Below are positions 38,804 through 51,702 of a DNA stretch of 64,000 nucleotides, piece after piece; positions within the stretch are counted from its first letter, which is position 1; the number at the start of each line of letters is the position of its first letter. A program made the position numbers and the translations under genes. The notes beneath the pieces are model-generated. The model saw only the letters and a list, made by a program, of their open reading frames with translations. It was not told where the DNA came from and ran no database searches. Location: the NCBI GenBank assembly GCA_964270895.1, contig OZ185444.1; one strand, 5' to 3'. Origin of the DNA: Podarcis filfolensis. Lineage: Eukaryota.

Positions 38804-41800
38804 GTAGGATATAAACCTTATCACTTGTGAGCATGCTACTTAAAACTGTTGTTGTCGTTGTTTAAGTCAAAGCATTTTCCATGTTGACTGTTCTCTCAGG
38901 AAAACTCAGTTACACAGAAGGGAAACACATCAATTATGGACATTACTATGACAAACAGACAGACATTAAATATAATAAACACTAGAATGATAAGCATAAG
39001 AAGTTCACCAACATTCAAGAAATGGGAACCTGATCAATATTGTAAAATTTCCTTCCCTTTGGTGTGATTTGTAATAGACTTTTGTCTTTATATAGTTAAG
39101 CGTAGTGATGTTCTCAGGAAGTGATTAATTATAGCACCATAACTGTTTCAAGCTGAGTTTCATGTTCTTGTCAAAACTTGCAGTGACTGAAATAAATTTC
39201 ATAGTCACTCTTACTCACTTACATAAACTTGGGAAGCGGTTTTTTCCTTATGTTTCTGCAATGGTTCTCTGTATATGAACAATGAATATCATACTTCTGT
39301 GGTTATTGTTATTCTTAAATATACTGAAAAATATTACAGTTAACCCTTTACATTGATTTCACATTCTTCCCTCTGTATCGTCTTTCTTTAATCTAAATAT
39401 AACATTTTAGTAACATAAGATGAGTGCAGAAGTTAGACATAGTCTAGAGGGAACAGAAACTTTATTCCCCCCCCCCTTGAAACAAAGGTAATATTTGATT
39501 CTAAATGTAATTTATTCACCTTACAAACAACCCTTTCACAAATACAGGAAATGTCCAACATTTTCCCACAATATCACTTAAATAGCACAGGAATAAAGGC
39601 TGGAATGGAGTTGTGCCAAGCCTGTGAGGGAATGTAGTATCCCCAAGGGCTGCTGTAATACCATTAGGGCATTTCTTCCCAGTTCATTACCAGCACACCA
39701 GGCAAGGGAGGTGAGATGCTACCACTATGCGGACCTAGCCAAGTAAGTCTTATTTAATAGGAAAGGGAGAGTTGGAGATCAGACTGACTTGAGTCAGTTT
39801 GGCTTTGGAAAATGAGTATTTCCTTTGTGGGTGGAGAAATAGCCTGGCTTTATTTTTTTGAACCAATGTGATGTAAGCCAAGAGGAGAGAGTAACTCATC
39901 TTCGGTTGTCACTAGAAAGAAATCGGAAAGCAAGGCTATTGTGCTGGAGAGGAAATGTGATACCTCAATATTCTACATTTAAGGCTCTGAGTCTTGTCAG
40001 GGAGAGATATCCCACTTAAGACCTTTCTCAAAGCCCAAAATCGCATCCATTGCCGATCTCGTACCAGAAAGAACCAGCCATTGTAGCATACAAATAATAT
40101 CTCAAACTCACAGAGGAAATTGAATAATCTAGTATGACTTGAAAAAAATATTGAACTAATTGCAGATCATGAGCAGGGAATGCCATAGGAACTGGTTGGA
40201 TGTTGTATTGAGTATGCAGTGGTAGATACCCTTTCACATGGAGATGTGTTTTGGTGGAACGCTAAATAATCTAGAGACTAGTGTACTTTGTGGTGGTCAC
40301 TGATAAAAGGCCTGCTATTATTAATACAATATTTGATCCACCAGAAGTGCTTCTCATCTCTGGTTAGTCAATACTTTTATACCTTCTAATTTTTAATTAT
40401 TATGGATCTATCAGAAGTGCAGCATATATTTCTTAATAACAAGACAGCCAAGGGGAAATCTCTTCTGTATGAATGTAATGAACTGACAGAGTTTTCCTCA
40501 CCTCTGATTAACTGTAATAAGTGGATTATCCCCTCATCCGTTTTAGTTAATCTCTTCCTTCAGAAAACATCACTTGATAAGATCCATTCAAACTAAAAAG
40601 TGAGAATATTCAAATAAAAGTTCTAGAAGCTGTTCACTGTTGCTTAACTACAAATGCTAAATTGGTAGAATATATTTTGTTCAAAATGCATCATACTGTT
40701 TCCTATTCTTACAATTTTGTTTCCATTAGGTCATGTGTTTCAAATTTAGTACTCTTATTAAAAACTGAGATTGAACATCTGTGAAGTAGGCACCTGTAAA
40801 ATATAAGGAGTCCTTTGCTAGTTGAAAATATTTCCAGAAGGGTTGGTTATATACTCAGCATAGCTATTCATCTAATAATAGTATTTTTTCCTTTTGATTA
40901 ATTTAGAATGGCTTGGATCCAAACTTCCTTCTCACTAGTGTAAAGTGAGATGGAGGGAATCAACTTTTGCTGATTTTCCCCTGCAGTTCCTCATATACTT
41001 TGAAATGTGCCCTGCAGGCTTCTCTATAACATTGTGGGGGGATAGGGAAAGCAGGGAATTGGTGAAAATGGTCTTCTTGCCCCGGCCACCAGTGGGACCA
41101 GTCCATTGGATCAAAAGCCTTCTACGGGCAGAAGCATCTCTTGGTTTGGATCCAACCCAACTTATTTAACACCATCAACAATTTGTGCATAGAACTCTGA
41201 TTATATGATTCTGTGACATGAGATCATGAAGTATCCTTCTGTTTCAATTTGATAGTCTTACAGAATTTCTAAGGTGTACTGTTATAGGGCTCTGGACTGA
41301 TTACTTGCAAAATATATTCTAACTAGGACTCTGATTTGGTTAATCATGTGGATTTAATCTGTTAATTGATTAAAAGTGCATAGATTTGCATATGAATGAA
41401 TAGTTCTTTGGAATGGGCATCATTTATTTTTAGATGATGCAGATGTATTTCATGGTGTACAATAACTCAAAAGAGACATTCCCTCCCAATTGTAAGTGTG
41501 CGAGAAGTGTCTCTTTTTAAAGAAAAAAACATACTACCTATGCATTTTTAAGGACTCATATTAAAATCAATATTCTTAAATAAACCATATAATTAATCAA
41601 GAACACTTAGATTTGCTATGTTGCATTTGGTAAAATAGAAATGATAATCAAACAATTAAAAATTGCAGTGGCTTATTTTCTTGTAATAAATGCTGCAATA
41701 GCTATCCATCCTTAGTCACCTGATACTCTAACCATTACACTACACTGGCTGTCATATGATTTTAATGTTACTAAACATTTGTAACTAGGTTTACAAGTGA

Positions 41801-43450
41801 ATAATTTGCTCAAAACCTGAAAAGGTGAGAGAACAACAAACTTGAGTTTAAAAAATATGGTTTGCTTGTTTCAAAGATTTAAATATGACCACTCTACCAT
41901 TGTTTGACAATGAAATGCATCCCTAACTAATTATAGGATGAGAGCACTAAGCACTGTTCTCATTTGATGTTTATCTTCAGCTCCTTCGACATGTTTTGCT
42001 TGAAGCTAACTACAATGAGATAAAAAGTTCAGCAATATTTTATGGGTTCACTTCGTTGGAAGTCGTTTTCATTAGAGGCAGTTTAAATGATCAGTGGTGA
42101 TAGTAGCATACGGTTATCATGAGAAAGTCAGTGCTGTTGCAAATGCGAAATACATATCTGAATCTTAAAAAAATAAAAATAAAAATTAGAAGCAATCCTG
42201 TTGCCCTTCAGAGGGCTGCTGAGGGACCATAAGAAGTTGTAGGCCTCCTACACAGTAGGGGAAGAAAGATGTTCAATTCTGAAGGCCTACCTGCTGTTAT
42301 GGTAGATGCCTCTTTTGCTTTTGTTTTTCCAGTGGCGCTCTGCCTGTTGTGAGGCCAGAAACAGGGTGCTTTGTCAACATGTTACAGGATCCTAAGCACC
42401 CTTGTTCTCCTGGCACCCTCCCAAAACAGACCTGATTTTCACTAGTCATGGTAAATTCCTTTCCATTGGAATCATTAGAATGAGTGGGGGAAGTTTTTCA
42501 AAAACAAAACAAGGTGGAGATGTGTGTGTGTGTTTATATTTTGGTGTGCTTCACCTTCTCCTTCAATTGTTTCATTTTTGATATTTCAGAACTTCTTACT
42601 TGGTAGCTATCATGCCTATAAAAGCTGTTTGGAGTCACAGAGACAGCAGTCTGAAGCAATCCCAAGGAAACAGTACAGCAAGGCTCATGATAGAGAGAAG
42701 GGATAGCCTAGAAATGATCACACCAGGAACTTTTCAGTGGCTGGAGATTAAATAGCCCACTCTCCAGTTAGTGGAGGTGGAGCAATTTTAATTACACATA
42801 AGTAATTACATTAAATAATAAATCACCTGGGAGCGCCTGTTAATTGGACTACATTTGCAAGCCCTTGAAACAAGTATAGATGGTTTACTATTCTGAAAAT
42901 TCAAGAGGTTCTTTTGATACTTGGGTAGGCAAGATATTTCTGACCTTCTGTATAGTTAGTGAATGTCAGGAACCATGCTGGAAGAAAAAAGCAAATTTTC
43001 TCTGCCCTACTTTCTGGGGCCAAAGACCACCTTGCAAAGCATGACGTAGCTTTTTCATTTCTTTCCAGTATTGCAAGATTTAAGTGCCTTTTCTTGTTGC
43101 AGCACAAATTCATTGTATACAGTTCATTGTTAGCTCTTCCCATATTTTTTAAAGCAAATGTTTAATTCTGTTTCTGAGTTTCTGGTGCAGTACTTGTTGA
43201 AACCTTAAAGGAGGCTTAGTAGCAAATGTCTAGGATACAGTTACCTTACAAACCACCTTTTTCTGCTTATAGGTGAAATCATAGGAATCCCTTATTAAAA
43301 TATTTCGAAACAGTTAAGGAAAAGGTATAAGAAGACACCACTGAGAAATGCAGTAACTTTTCATCAACTACCTGCGGAACTTTACTTGTTGCATAAATAG
43401 AATGTGAACAAGTGATATTTTAAAACCATAGTTTTGTTCATTTCTTTTAG

Positions 43451-43564
43451 TGGTTTGGTGACCTTGTGACTCCAGTATGGTGGGAAGATGTGTGGCTAAA
43501 AGAAGGCTTTGCTCACTATTTTGAATTTGTTGGAACTGACTACCTGTATCCAGGCTGGAATCTG
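43451..43564 (+). CDS. TRHDE: TRHDE coding exon (probable exon 5, 114 bp): [38 protein letters not shown]
   Basis: Acceptor tttcttttag ends at 43450, donor GTAAGC at 43565. Supplies the third zinc ligand E, 18 residues after HEXXH. Overlaps ORF 43466..43879. Confidence 0.97.
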
Positions 43565-43632
43565 GTAAGCTGGTCCTTTTTTTTCTGTACTCCACAAGTT
43601 ACTTTGTTTTCTTGTTGTTTTGTTCATGAAAA

Positions 43633-43690
43633 GGAAGCTAGCATAATGGTAGAACATACATTTGCATACAGAAGGTCCCAAGTCCAATCA
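43633..43690 (+). mobile_element. tRNA-like SINE head fragment
   Basis: ggaagctagcataatggtagaacat...tgcatacagaaggtcccaagtccaatc resembles the head of the 25399-25586 SINE. Confidence 0.55.
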
Positions 43691-43691
43691 A

Positions 43692-44064
43692 GTGGACATC
43701 CCATGAAGGTGAATGTTGGAAGATTTGTGATGGTGGAAAGCAAGTCCTTATTCATGCAACACATAGTTAAACAATGGAACAAGCTCCCACTAGAGGCAGT
43801 CGTGGCTATCTATACTTGGATGGCTTTTAAAAAAAGGATTAGACAAATCATGGAGAAGAAAACTATCGATGGCTACTAGCCAGGATGGCTCTGCCCTACC
43901 AGCTGCTCAGTTGGAGGCTGCAATGCTTATGCTCTGTGGCTGGAAGCCCACAGCAGGGGAGAGTGCTCTTCTGCTCAGATCCTAATTGCTGTTCAGCCAC
44001 TGTGAGGACAGGATGCTGGAGTAGATGAACCCTTGGCTTGTCCTAGCAGACTCTTCTTGTGTTC
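43692..44064 (+). mobile_element. CR1 LINE 3' end (ORF2 C-terminus plus 3' UTR)
   Basis: [11 protein letters not shown]...[10 protein letters not shown]...MEKKTIDGY* matches the typical CR1 ORF2 ending; the 3' UTR ends gtagatgaacccttggc...cttcttgtgttc. Confidence 0.85.
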
Positions 44065-44382
44065 AATCCTTTGTAGTTCAAAGGATCTTAAGTAGTGAGG
44101 CTGGCAAATATGTTTTCTGGAGTTCTTGTAGACTCACTGTAAGTCACAACACGGACAGTGGGCTAAATGTTCCAACCTTCTGATTTAAGTATGAGATGGC
44201 TTCACATATTTGCAGCATGCTGCCGGAGCGCTGGAGAGAAGAAGCCAAATGGTATGTGCAACCATCAGATATTCACTAAAGCAAAGTCAGAAGGTGTGAA
44301 ATCAGTTGACAGTGTTCCAGCAGTGCAATATTCCTTTCACTACAAAAGAAATAAGGTCAAGTTAGTCATCAGCTTCATTGTA

Positions 44383-44669
44383 GAATCACAGTTTTGCGGA
44401 GCTGGAAGTAGCCCTGAGGGTTATCTAGTCGAACCCTCTGCAATGCAGGAATCTCAGCTAGATCATGCATGACAGATGGCCACCCAAGCTCTGCTTAAAA
44501 ACCTCCATCACCCTTCATGGGAGTCTCTTCCACTCTTGAACAACTTTTGGGGCAACCCAGCGAGATGAGTGGGTACAAATAATAATTATTATTACTATTA
44601 TTACTATTACTGTCAAAAAGTTCTTCCTGATGTTTAGTCAGGATCTCCTTTCTTGTAATGTGAAATCAT

Positions 44670-44672
<3 letters not shown>
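44383..44672 (-). mobile_element. CR1 3' fragment carrying an inserted + strand L2 tail (about 44548-44612)
   Basis: gaatcacag...ctggaagtagccctgagggttatctagtcgaacc and aagttcttcctgatgtttag are CR1 3' motifs in reverse; gggcaacccagcgagatgagtgggtacaaataat(tat)n is an L2 end. Confidence 0.7.
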
Positions 44673-44712
<40 letters not shown>

Positions 44713-45220
44713 TTATTATTTATACCCCGCCAATCTGGCTGGGTTTCCCCAGCCACTCTGGGCGGCTTCCAACAGAATATTAAAACACAATAGTCTATTA
44801 AACTTTAAAAGCTTCCCTAAACAGGGCTGCCTTCAGATGTCTTCTAAAAGTCTGGTAGTTGTTTTTCTCTTTGACATCTGGTGGGAGGGCGTTCCACAGG
44901 ATGGGCACCATTACCGAGAAGGCCCTCTGCCTGGTTCCCTGTTACTTGGCTTCTCGCAGTGAGGGAACTGCCAAAAGGCCCTCAGCGCTGGACCTCAGTG
45001 TCCTGGGCAGAGTGATGGGCGTGGAGATGCTCCTTCAGGTATACCGGACCGAGACTGTTTAGGGCTTTAAACAGCACAAACACTTTGAATTGTGCTCGGA
45101 AACGTACTGAGAGCCAATGAAGGTCTTTCAGGACTGGTGTTATGTGGTCTCGGCAGCTGCTCTCAGTCACCAGTCTAGCTGCTGCATTCTGGATTAGTTG
45201 TAGTTTCCGGGTCACCTTCT
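44673..45220 (-). mobile_element. L2-type LINE 3' fragment with (ATT)n tail
   Basis: ORF 44982..45215 RKLQLIQNAAARLVT...HITPVLKDLHWL; (TAA)13 tail at 44673-44712. Confidence 0.92.
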
Positions 45221-46830
45221 AAGGGTCCATGCTAAGTTAAGTAACTGTTGCCTTTGCATTCAAGAGCATAAATGGTAATTACAGAGCAACATTTTATGTG
45301 ATTCTTAACACTATTACATTTAACTTCCCATAATAATATAAATGGGCTCCTTAAAGCCTTGTGGTTCTCAGAGTGCCAAGTGATTCTATTTCCAGAATAG
45401 CAGCAGTGTTTGAAAAAAAATATTGTTTCACCTTAAAGACTAACAAATTTGGCTTATGTCACAGCTGATTTGAGTTTATTTAATATATAACATTTGTCAT
45501 ATGGTAATAAGATGTTTTTTTGTAGTACTTCCCTTGGGAAAACATTGTTTGTACTGTTCTTGTAAGAATATTTGTGCACAGGTATTACAGCTTAATATTT
45601 TTTGTTAAAATGTGACAGATTTATCCTTTTATTTTTTTAGTTTAAAAATTCACTATGAAAAATGCAAAGTAACCCTTTATCAAAGCTGACATCTGTTTTT
45701 CAAATGTAAATTTTTTTATTCACCTAAGCACTCATTATAATATTTATTATTCTTAAAGATTTTCCTTTCAAAAACACATCTTGAATCACAATAAAGTCAT
45801 TCTAATTATAAATGCAATGGAATCTAGCAGCTCTTGTTGATTTTACTATAGTAAAATGTCATAGATTACGTTTGTCATATTCTGGATTTTATCTTTGCTG
45901 TACCAGAGTCATTTGTTCTGCTCATAATCGCTTTAAGAAAAACAGAATAATTTTGCCTTAGAAGCTGTCTTGCAAAGTAAGCATATTTGAAAATTATTAA
46001 ATGATTTTGATATTCATTGCTAAGTAAATTATGTTTCCCTCATCTTGAGCTCTAATCTAACAGGCCAATGCAGGAGAGAGAGAAAACTTGCTCAGTGTCC
46101 AGATGGGTTGAGCAAGGTGTGTTAATGGAAATGAGAAGATGTGGTATTCAGATTAAAATGGGCATGAGGCAGAATTATGTGCTTGACAAGTAAACAAGAA
46201 ATTGTCACTGAAAATAGAAATAAATATAACATTAACAGATAAAATTATTATGAGTAGGTATAATTGAAATTTGTATTCTGATGGCCCAAGAAGACGGTGA
46301 CACTAAATGTTAGATACTTTGTGGTGAACAGAATAATTCTGAAGTTGGAGATTGCACCTCAAAAAGGATATTGTTGGGGGGGGTTCAGAAAAGGGCAATC
46401 AAAATGATCCAAGGGTAAAATAAAATAAAACGGCAGAAATAAAATCTCAAGATTTAAAACATCTGGGCTAAAAGATTGCTGAAAAGCCCTAAAACCTGTC
46501 CCAATACATATGCTTCAGGCCTTCAGCAAATGTTTCAATCCAATCAGCACTTGCACACCCATAGGCAGACAATGTCCAGTAAAAATATTTTATTTAATAG
46601 CAGAAAATAAACAAATAAACCAACCACAGCCTTTCACAGCAAAGCATGCAAACTCAGGAGGACAAAGGAATACAATGTAACTCAGCAAATTTTGGCTGGG
46701 GAAAAAAATAGTGTCTTCCCTATTTTAAGCCTGGTTCAACTCAGTTTCCAGGTCTTAATGGATAAGAGTTCCCTAGCTCTGAAGCCTATCATCTTTCAGA
46801 TACAAGCAAAACTGAAGTCACAGATCCTCA

Positions 46831-46964
46831 TAGGGTGACCAGAGATCTTGTACCTGCAACAGTGCAGAACTTGTGTGTGACAAGTTACTTCTGTTGAAAT
46901 TCTCTTTTCTGCACAACTATTAAAGATGCAGAAGCCCTGGCCCCGTTCTCACCTGGCCACCCTA
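46831..46964. mobile_element. Small hAT-type MITE with TAGGGTG termini
   Basis: TAGGGTGACCAG ... CTGGCCACCCTA (11/12 inverted match); no TSD retained. Confidence 0.7.
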
Positions 46965-47306
46965 AAGCAATATCTCTCATTGCCTCCTATTTGTGAAATA
47001 TTATATTGATTTACACACCTTTGTCTTCAGGTTTATTGTATTGTCACTCATCTTCTGACCTCAGGTCTTATATGCTTCCTTCTACCTTGGTTCTTATTTG
47101 CAGCCGTTCAGTTGAAACTGAACTTTCAGTTCCTTTCAGCTCCTTTCTCACAGAAGCTAATTTTGTTTTAGGTTTCATACATTTCCATTTGGCAGCCTGC
47201 TGTTTCACAGTATCACTTTCCTTGCAAAACATTTTCTAACATATTTCTAGATGTAGAAAACTGCATCCAGATCTCTCTATCTGCTACTGTGATTTCCTTT
47301 AAAATA

Positions 47307-47334
47307 TCCTCCTCCTCCTCCTCCTCCTCCTCCT
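47307..47334. repeat. (TCC)n microsatellite
   Basis: Read directly. Confidence 0.95.
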
Positions 47335-48049
47335 TATTATTTTGAAGGATGAAGGGTATCCTCAGATATCGATTGAGATATTTCAGGCACTGCTAGATGA
47401 TTTCTGTAATGTTTTCATGAAAGAGAAATATTATCAATATTAACCCGAATGATTCAGCTGTGTGGAAGTGATGTGTGAACAGAACGCACAGTCCTGTGGT
47501 AACATTTCTCTTCTTGTGGTTTAACCAGTATTCCAATGTTTGCAATTCTTAACCCTCCAGAACTTGCAGCTGTAGGTGTATATTTTCCTTAACCACAGAC
47601 GGTTGATCTTCTAAAGTAGCATCTCCTTTGTTGGAGAGTAGGAAAAAATTATTTGTTATGATCCCACATATCAGTTTTTATGGGATATGTGTAACATTTC
47701 AGGAAACTACTTTGATACATGGTAGTTCAAAATTCAAGCCACGGTTTCTAACAATAGATAATGGGACCTCTTTGTTCTAAAGTCTGAGAAATCATATATG
47801 AAGTATCCTCATTCTTTCGATCATGTTTTTCTTAAAAAAACCAAATTTTGATAATACAGAATATGGATTGAGCTATATGCATATCCAGAAATTGTCAACA
47901 GCTTCCAATGGTTCCTACTTTTGAGTAGGTGGAGTTGACACACTCTCTGTCCTTGAATGTCTATATTAGTAGAACGGGGGCGGGGGAGAGACTTTGACAA
48001 AAGCAATTGCTGGTGAGTGATTTTCCTTTTCATCCATAAAATACAAAGT

Positions 48050-48270
48050 GTCAAATGCTTTAGCAGTCACTACCTCACTCAGCGCTGAGAAAGCATTTCA
48101 CAGGGCTGAATGGCCTTCTCCCTTTCATTCACTTTATAAAAGTTTGGCTTTGCTGATAACTTTATTGGATGAGTCAAGGCAGAGTACATCAGTGATGGCA
48201 GTCACACTGAATTTTTCTCTTTCCCTGTTGGAGAAAGCTACTCTGTCTTTTTCCATATCTGTCTTCCTTT
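48050..48270 (+). mobile_element. Old L1 reverse-transcriptase fragment
   Basis: ORF 48048..48272 contains SLSAEKAFHRAEW, resembling L1 SLDAEKAFDRVEW. Confidence 0.6.
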
Positions 48271-49546
48271 AAAAGAAAAAAAGAGAGAGTAATGCTCATA
48301 GTTTCTGGAGATATGTGTTTTAATCAAACACCTCTATCACATATCTGCAGGAACTATGAGCATAATATTTTTTCTTAAAGAGAGACAAATATGAGAGAGA
48401 TAGAGCAGCTGCCTTCTAAATACACTGCATGGAGGAAGGAGAATTCAGTGTGACTGCCATCGTTGATATACTCTGCCTTGACTCATCCAATAAAGTTGCT
48501 AGCAAAGCCAAACTTTTAATCAAAGATTAAGCGCAGAGCTCCAGTAGTCATGCAACTATCCTTCATCTTTCCTTAAGTAATCCACAGTGATCCATCACAG
48601 TACTGTATAGTACGCCATGGTCTAGATGATTCTGTCATTTCTTCTGGAAACTGAAACTAGCTTAATACTGAAATATCTGCATATCATTTTCCTTTTATAA
48701 AACCTGTGCTTAAGCAGGCTTGTTTAAGCATAAAAATAAATATTAATGGGAAATCATTAAACTAAAGTTCATTAAACTAAATACTCAGAGTATCTCAAAG
48801 TGCACAGCTCAAGATCCTGATGAATGGTCTCAATTGCTGATTTCTTCCATGGGCAGGATTAAAATAAAGAAGAAGGCAGCTGTGATTAGACTTGTGCATA
48901 TCTTTGACTTAAATTGCCTGCTAAAACATTTATCTTCTTCAGTAAAATGTTCTGATACTTTCTGAGACTCTCAAGACAGATCAGGAAGGAAGTATTAAAA
49001 GTTCTGGAAGTAGACTTAAGACATCGACAGTCTTGGTTTATTTCATTATTATTTTTGCATATTATATTGGAGCTGCAGTCTCTTGATCCTTCTAGACCAG
49101 AACACATATCATGCTGTCTCAGCATGGAGAGAAACATGACTTCATTTTCTCACTTTCCTTTCAAAAATACTTTCATCTCTCTCTCCTTGGTTAAGGGCTT
49201 CAAATAATCTAAAAACGAAGCTTTTAATTAATACCACATGGAATTTGACATCTTCCAGTAATCATGCACTGAAATAAGCCTCTAGTGTTATTTTTCTGTT
49301 TCAGTCATTGAAAGAAAGCTTTCTGTGTCGAACCAGAGACGAAATTCATTTGCAGCTGAATATGACAAGAAACATATAAGCTTAGAGCCAAAACAGTTGC
49401 TAGCTTACAGTTCTTAAGGTCAGTCACCTTGTCCACATGATCCAATAAGCCAAACCATGCTTTATTGAGAACTCACAAAAAAACATTGGGTATGGCTGAT
49501 GGTTAGCAAGGAGAGAGCTTAAACATGGATCCTGCTTTGGACAACA

Positions 49547-49868
49547 CAGGGGTCAGCAAACTTTTTCAGCAGGGGGCCAGTCCACTGTCCCTCAGACCTT
49601 GTGGGGGGCCAGACTATATTTTGGAGGGGAAAAAATGAATGAATTCCTATGCCCCACAAATAACCCAGAGATGCATTTTAAATAAAAGGACGCATTCTAC
49701 TCATGTAGAAACACCAGGCAGGCCCCACAAATAACCCAGAGATGCATTTTAAATAAAAGGACACATTCTACTCATGTAAAAACACACTGATTCCCAGACC
49801 GTCCACAGGCCAGATTTAGAAGGCGATTGGGCCTGATCCAGCCCCCGGGCTTAGTTTGCCTACCCATG
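49547..49868. mobile_element. hAT (Charlie-like) MITE with internal 71-bp-period duplication
   Basis: Termini CAGGGGTCAGCAAACT / AGTTTGCCTACCCATG; duplicated gccccacaaataacccagagatgcattttaaataaaaggac...catgta starting at 49651 and 49722; no TSD retained. Confidence 0.85.
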
Positions 49869-50254
49869 CACTAAGCCATACTGTGCTGTAGCAGTAAAAA
49901 TGATCAGGGATCAGCAAAGCAGCTGCCGGCCCCATTCCGGAGGCTACATACTTGTATGGACCCACTAAACCATACTTCACCTTACCATTTTGTGCAAACC
50001 AGACCATTATCTTTGCAGCTGTGAAAGTTTTTCTTTTTTAGAAAAGAATCCTAGAAATTACTTTCCAATTATGAATATTTATTCTAAAAAGTCACTTGTT
50101 GTTGTTTTGCCCCTTTTACTCCTTGATTTTTGAGGGGCTGCATTTTCTTTATGCTTGTGAGGCATGATGGATGCTGGGTTGTTCAGAAGGACCCTCCTCT
50201 CTGCCCAGTCTGTGTTGGGGAGGAACTGGGACACTGGCAACATGGATTATAGTA

Positions 50255-50496
50255 CAGTGGTTCCTCAGGTTAAGAACTTAATTCGTTCCGGAGGTCCGTT
50301 CTTAACCTGAAACTGTTCTTAACCTGAAGCACCACTTTAGCTAATAGGGCCTCCTGCTGCCACCGTGCCGCCAGAGCATGATTTCCGTTTTCATCCTGAA
50401 GCAAAGTTCTTAACTCGAGGTACTATTTCTGGGTTAGCAGAGTCTGTAACCTGAAGCGTCTGTAACCTGAAGCGTATGTAATCCAAGGTACCACTG
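50255..50496 (-). mobile_element. Tc1/mariner (Tigger-like) MITE
   Basis: Same family as 12915 in reverse, TA flanks. Confidence 0.92.
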
Positions 50497-51566
50497 TATA
50501 GAATCTCCAAAGAAGGGTGGGGAAATAAAAAAAGACATTTAAACATTTGGGGAGAGGTCCAGTGCAATGGAAGCAACATGCGCACAGCGTTGCCCTCTCC
50601 TTTGGAATGAATGGGGAAACTCAGGTGTGATGTGATGGACAGCTTCATGTGGACACTGGAGCATCTTTGGGATACTTTTAGAATGGGTTTTCTTTATTGT
50701 ATCTTGGAATAGCAAATAAAAGTCAAGACCCTGTAACAAACCCAGATGCCAGTCCTAACACAAAAGTATCAATGAACACAAATTTGGCACCAGAAATGGC
50801 AATATTTAGAAACAAGTAAAAGAACATTTCAACTCAGCAGGACTCTCTGTACTTGACTTTAAAGTCGTCATCCTTGAACAGAGGAATTTCAGTGGGAGGA
50901 AAGAGAACCAGAATGAATCAGAATTTGTTAGGGAAATTAAGTTTTAATACCTGTGGGCATGAATCGAGGTTATAGATTTATCACACTCCTATGTGTTAAT
51001 TAGTTACCATTTCCAGGATGCTTCATGGTATGAAACCTTGTGCCATAAAGCCGCAAGACTCGTCGTTGTTCTAGATTGGGATGAATGAGTTTGGGAAAGG
51101 AATGTGAGCCTTAGATGGCAGAAGGTGCAGCTTACAAAAACATTGGATGAACAACAGAGATGGAAATCATTTCGACCTGAGATGTTACAGTTTATATACA
51201 CCACTCTTTCCTTTTTGCTTTGTCTGCTCTATAAAATTATAGGGAGCTATATTTTGTAAATATTTGTATAATAGTAAACTGCTGTGAGTCACCCAGAATG
51301 TTAAGGAGTGTCCACAGTCCTGGGATGAACCTGGCATGTCTTAGTTCTAATAGTGGCCCACTTCACCAAAATGGCTTGGGATGTTAATATCTGCCTTATG
51401 TTTTAGAAGAAAAATAATATATAAATATATTAAATAACCACACCCATTTTTCGGCAAGACTAGCTCAAATATTATGAGCATCAATGAGTTTTTAAATAGC
51501 TATGAGGATGGAGGAAGAAAGCTAAAAGTTGCTGTTGCAAATAAGGAATCTTAGAATCACATAGTA

Positions 51567-51702
51567 CAGGCATAGGCAAACTCGGCCCTCCAGATGTTTT
51601 GGGACTACAACTCCCATCATCCCAAGCCAACAGGACCAGTGGTCAGGGATGATGGGAGTTGTAGTCCCAAAACATCTGGAGGGCCGAGTTTGCCCATGCC
51701 TG
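51567..51702. mobile_element. Palindromic hAT-type MITE
   Basis: TIR CAGGCAT.GGCAAACTCGG; flanks acatagta/acataggc (6/8). Confidence 0.92.

Noticed and set aside
523-51702. Long hairpins at 523, 20212 and 51567 as pre-miRNA, or the repeated units as CRISPR-like arrays
   Set aside because: They are dispersed hAT MITEs with TIRs and 8-bp TSDs; there is no repeat-spacer structure and the DNA is eukaryotic.
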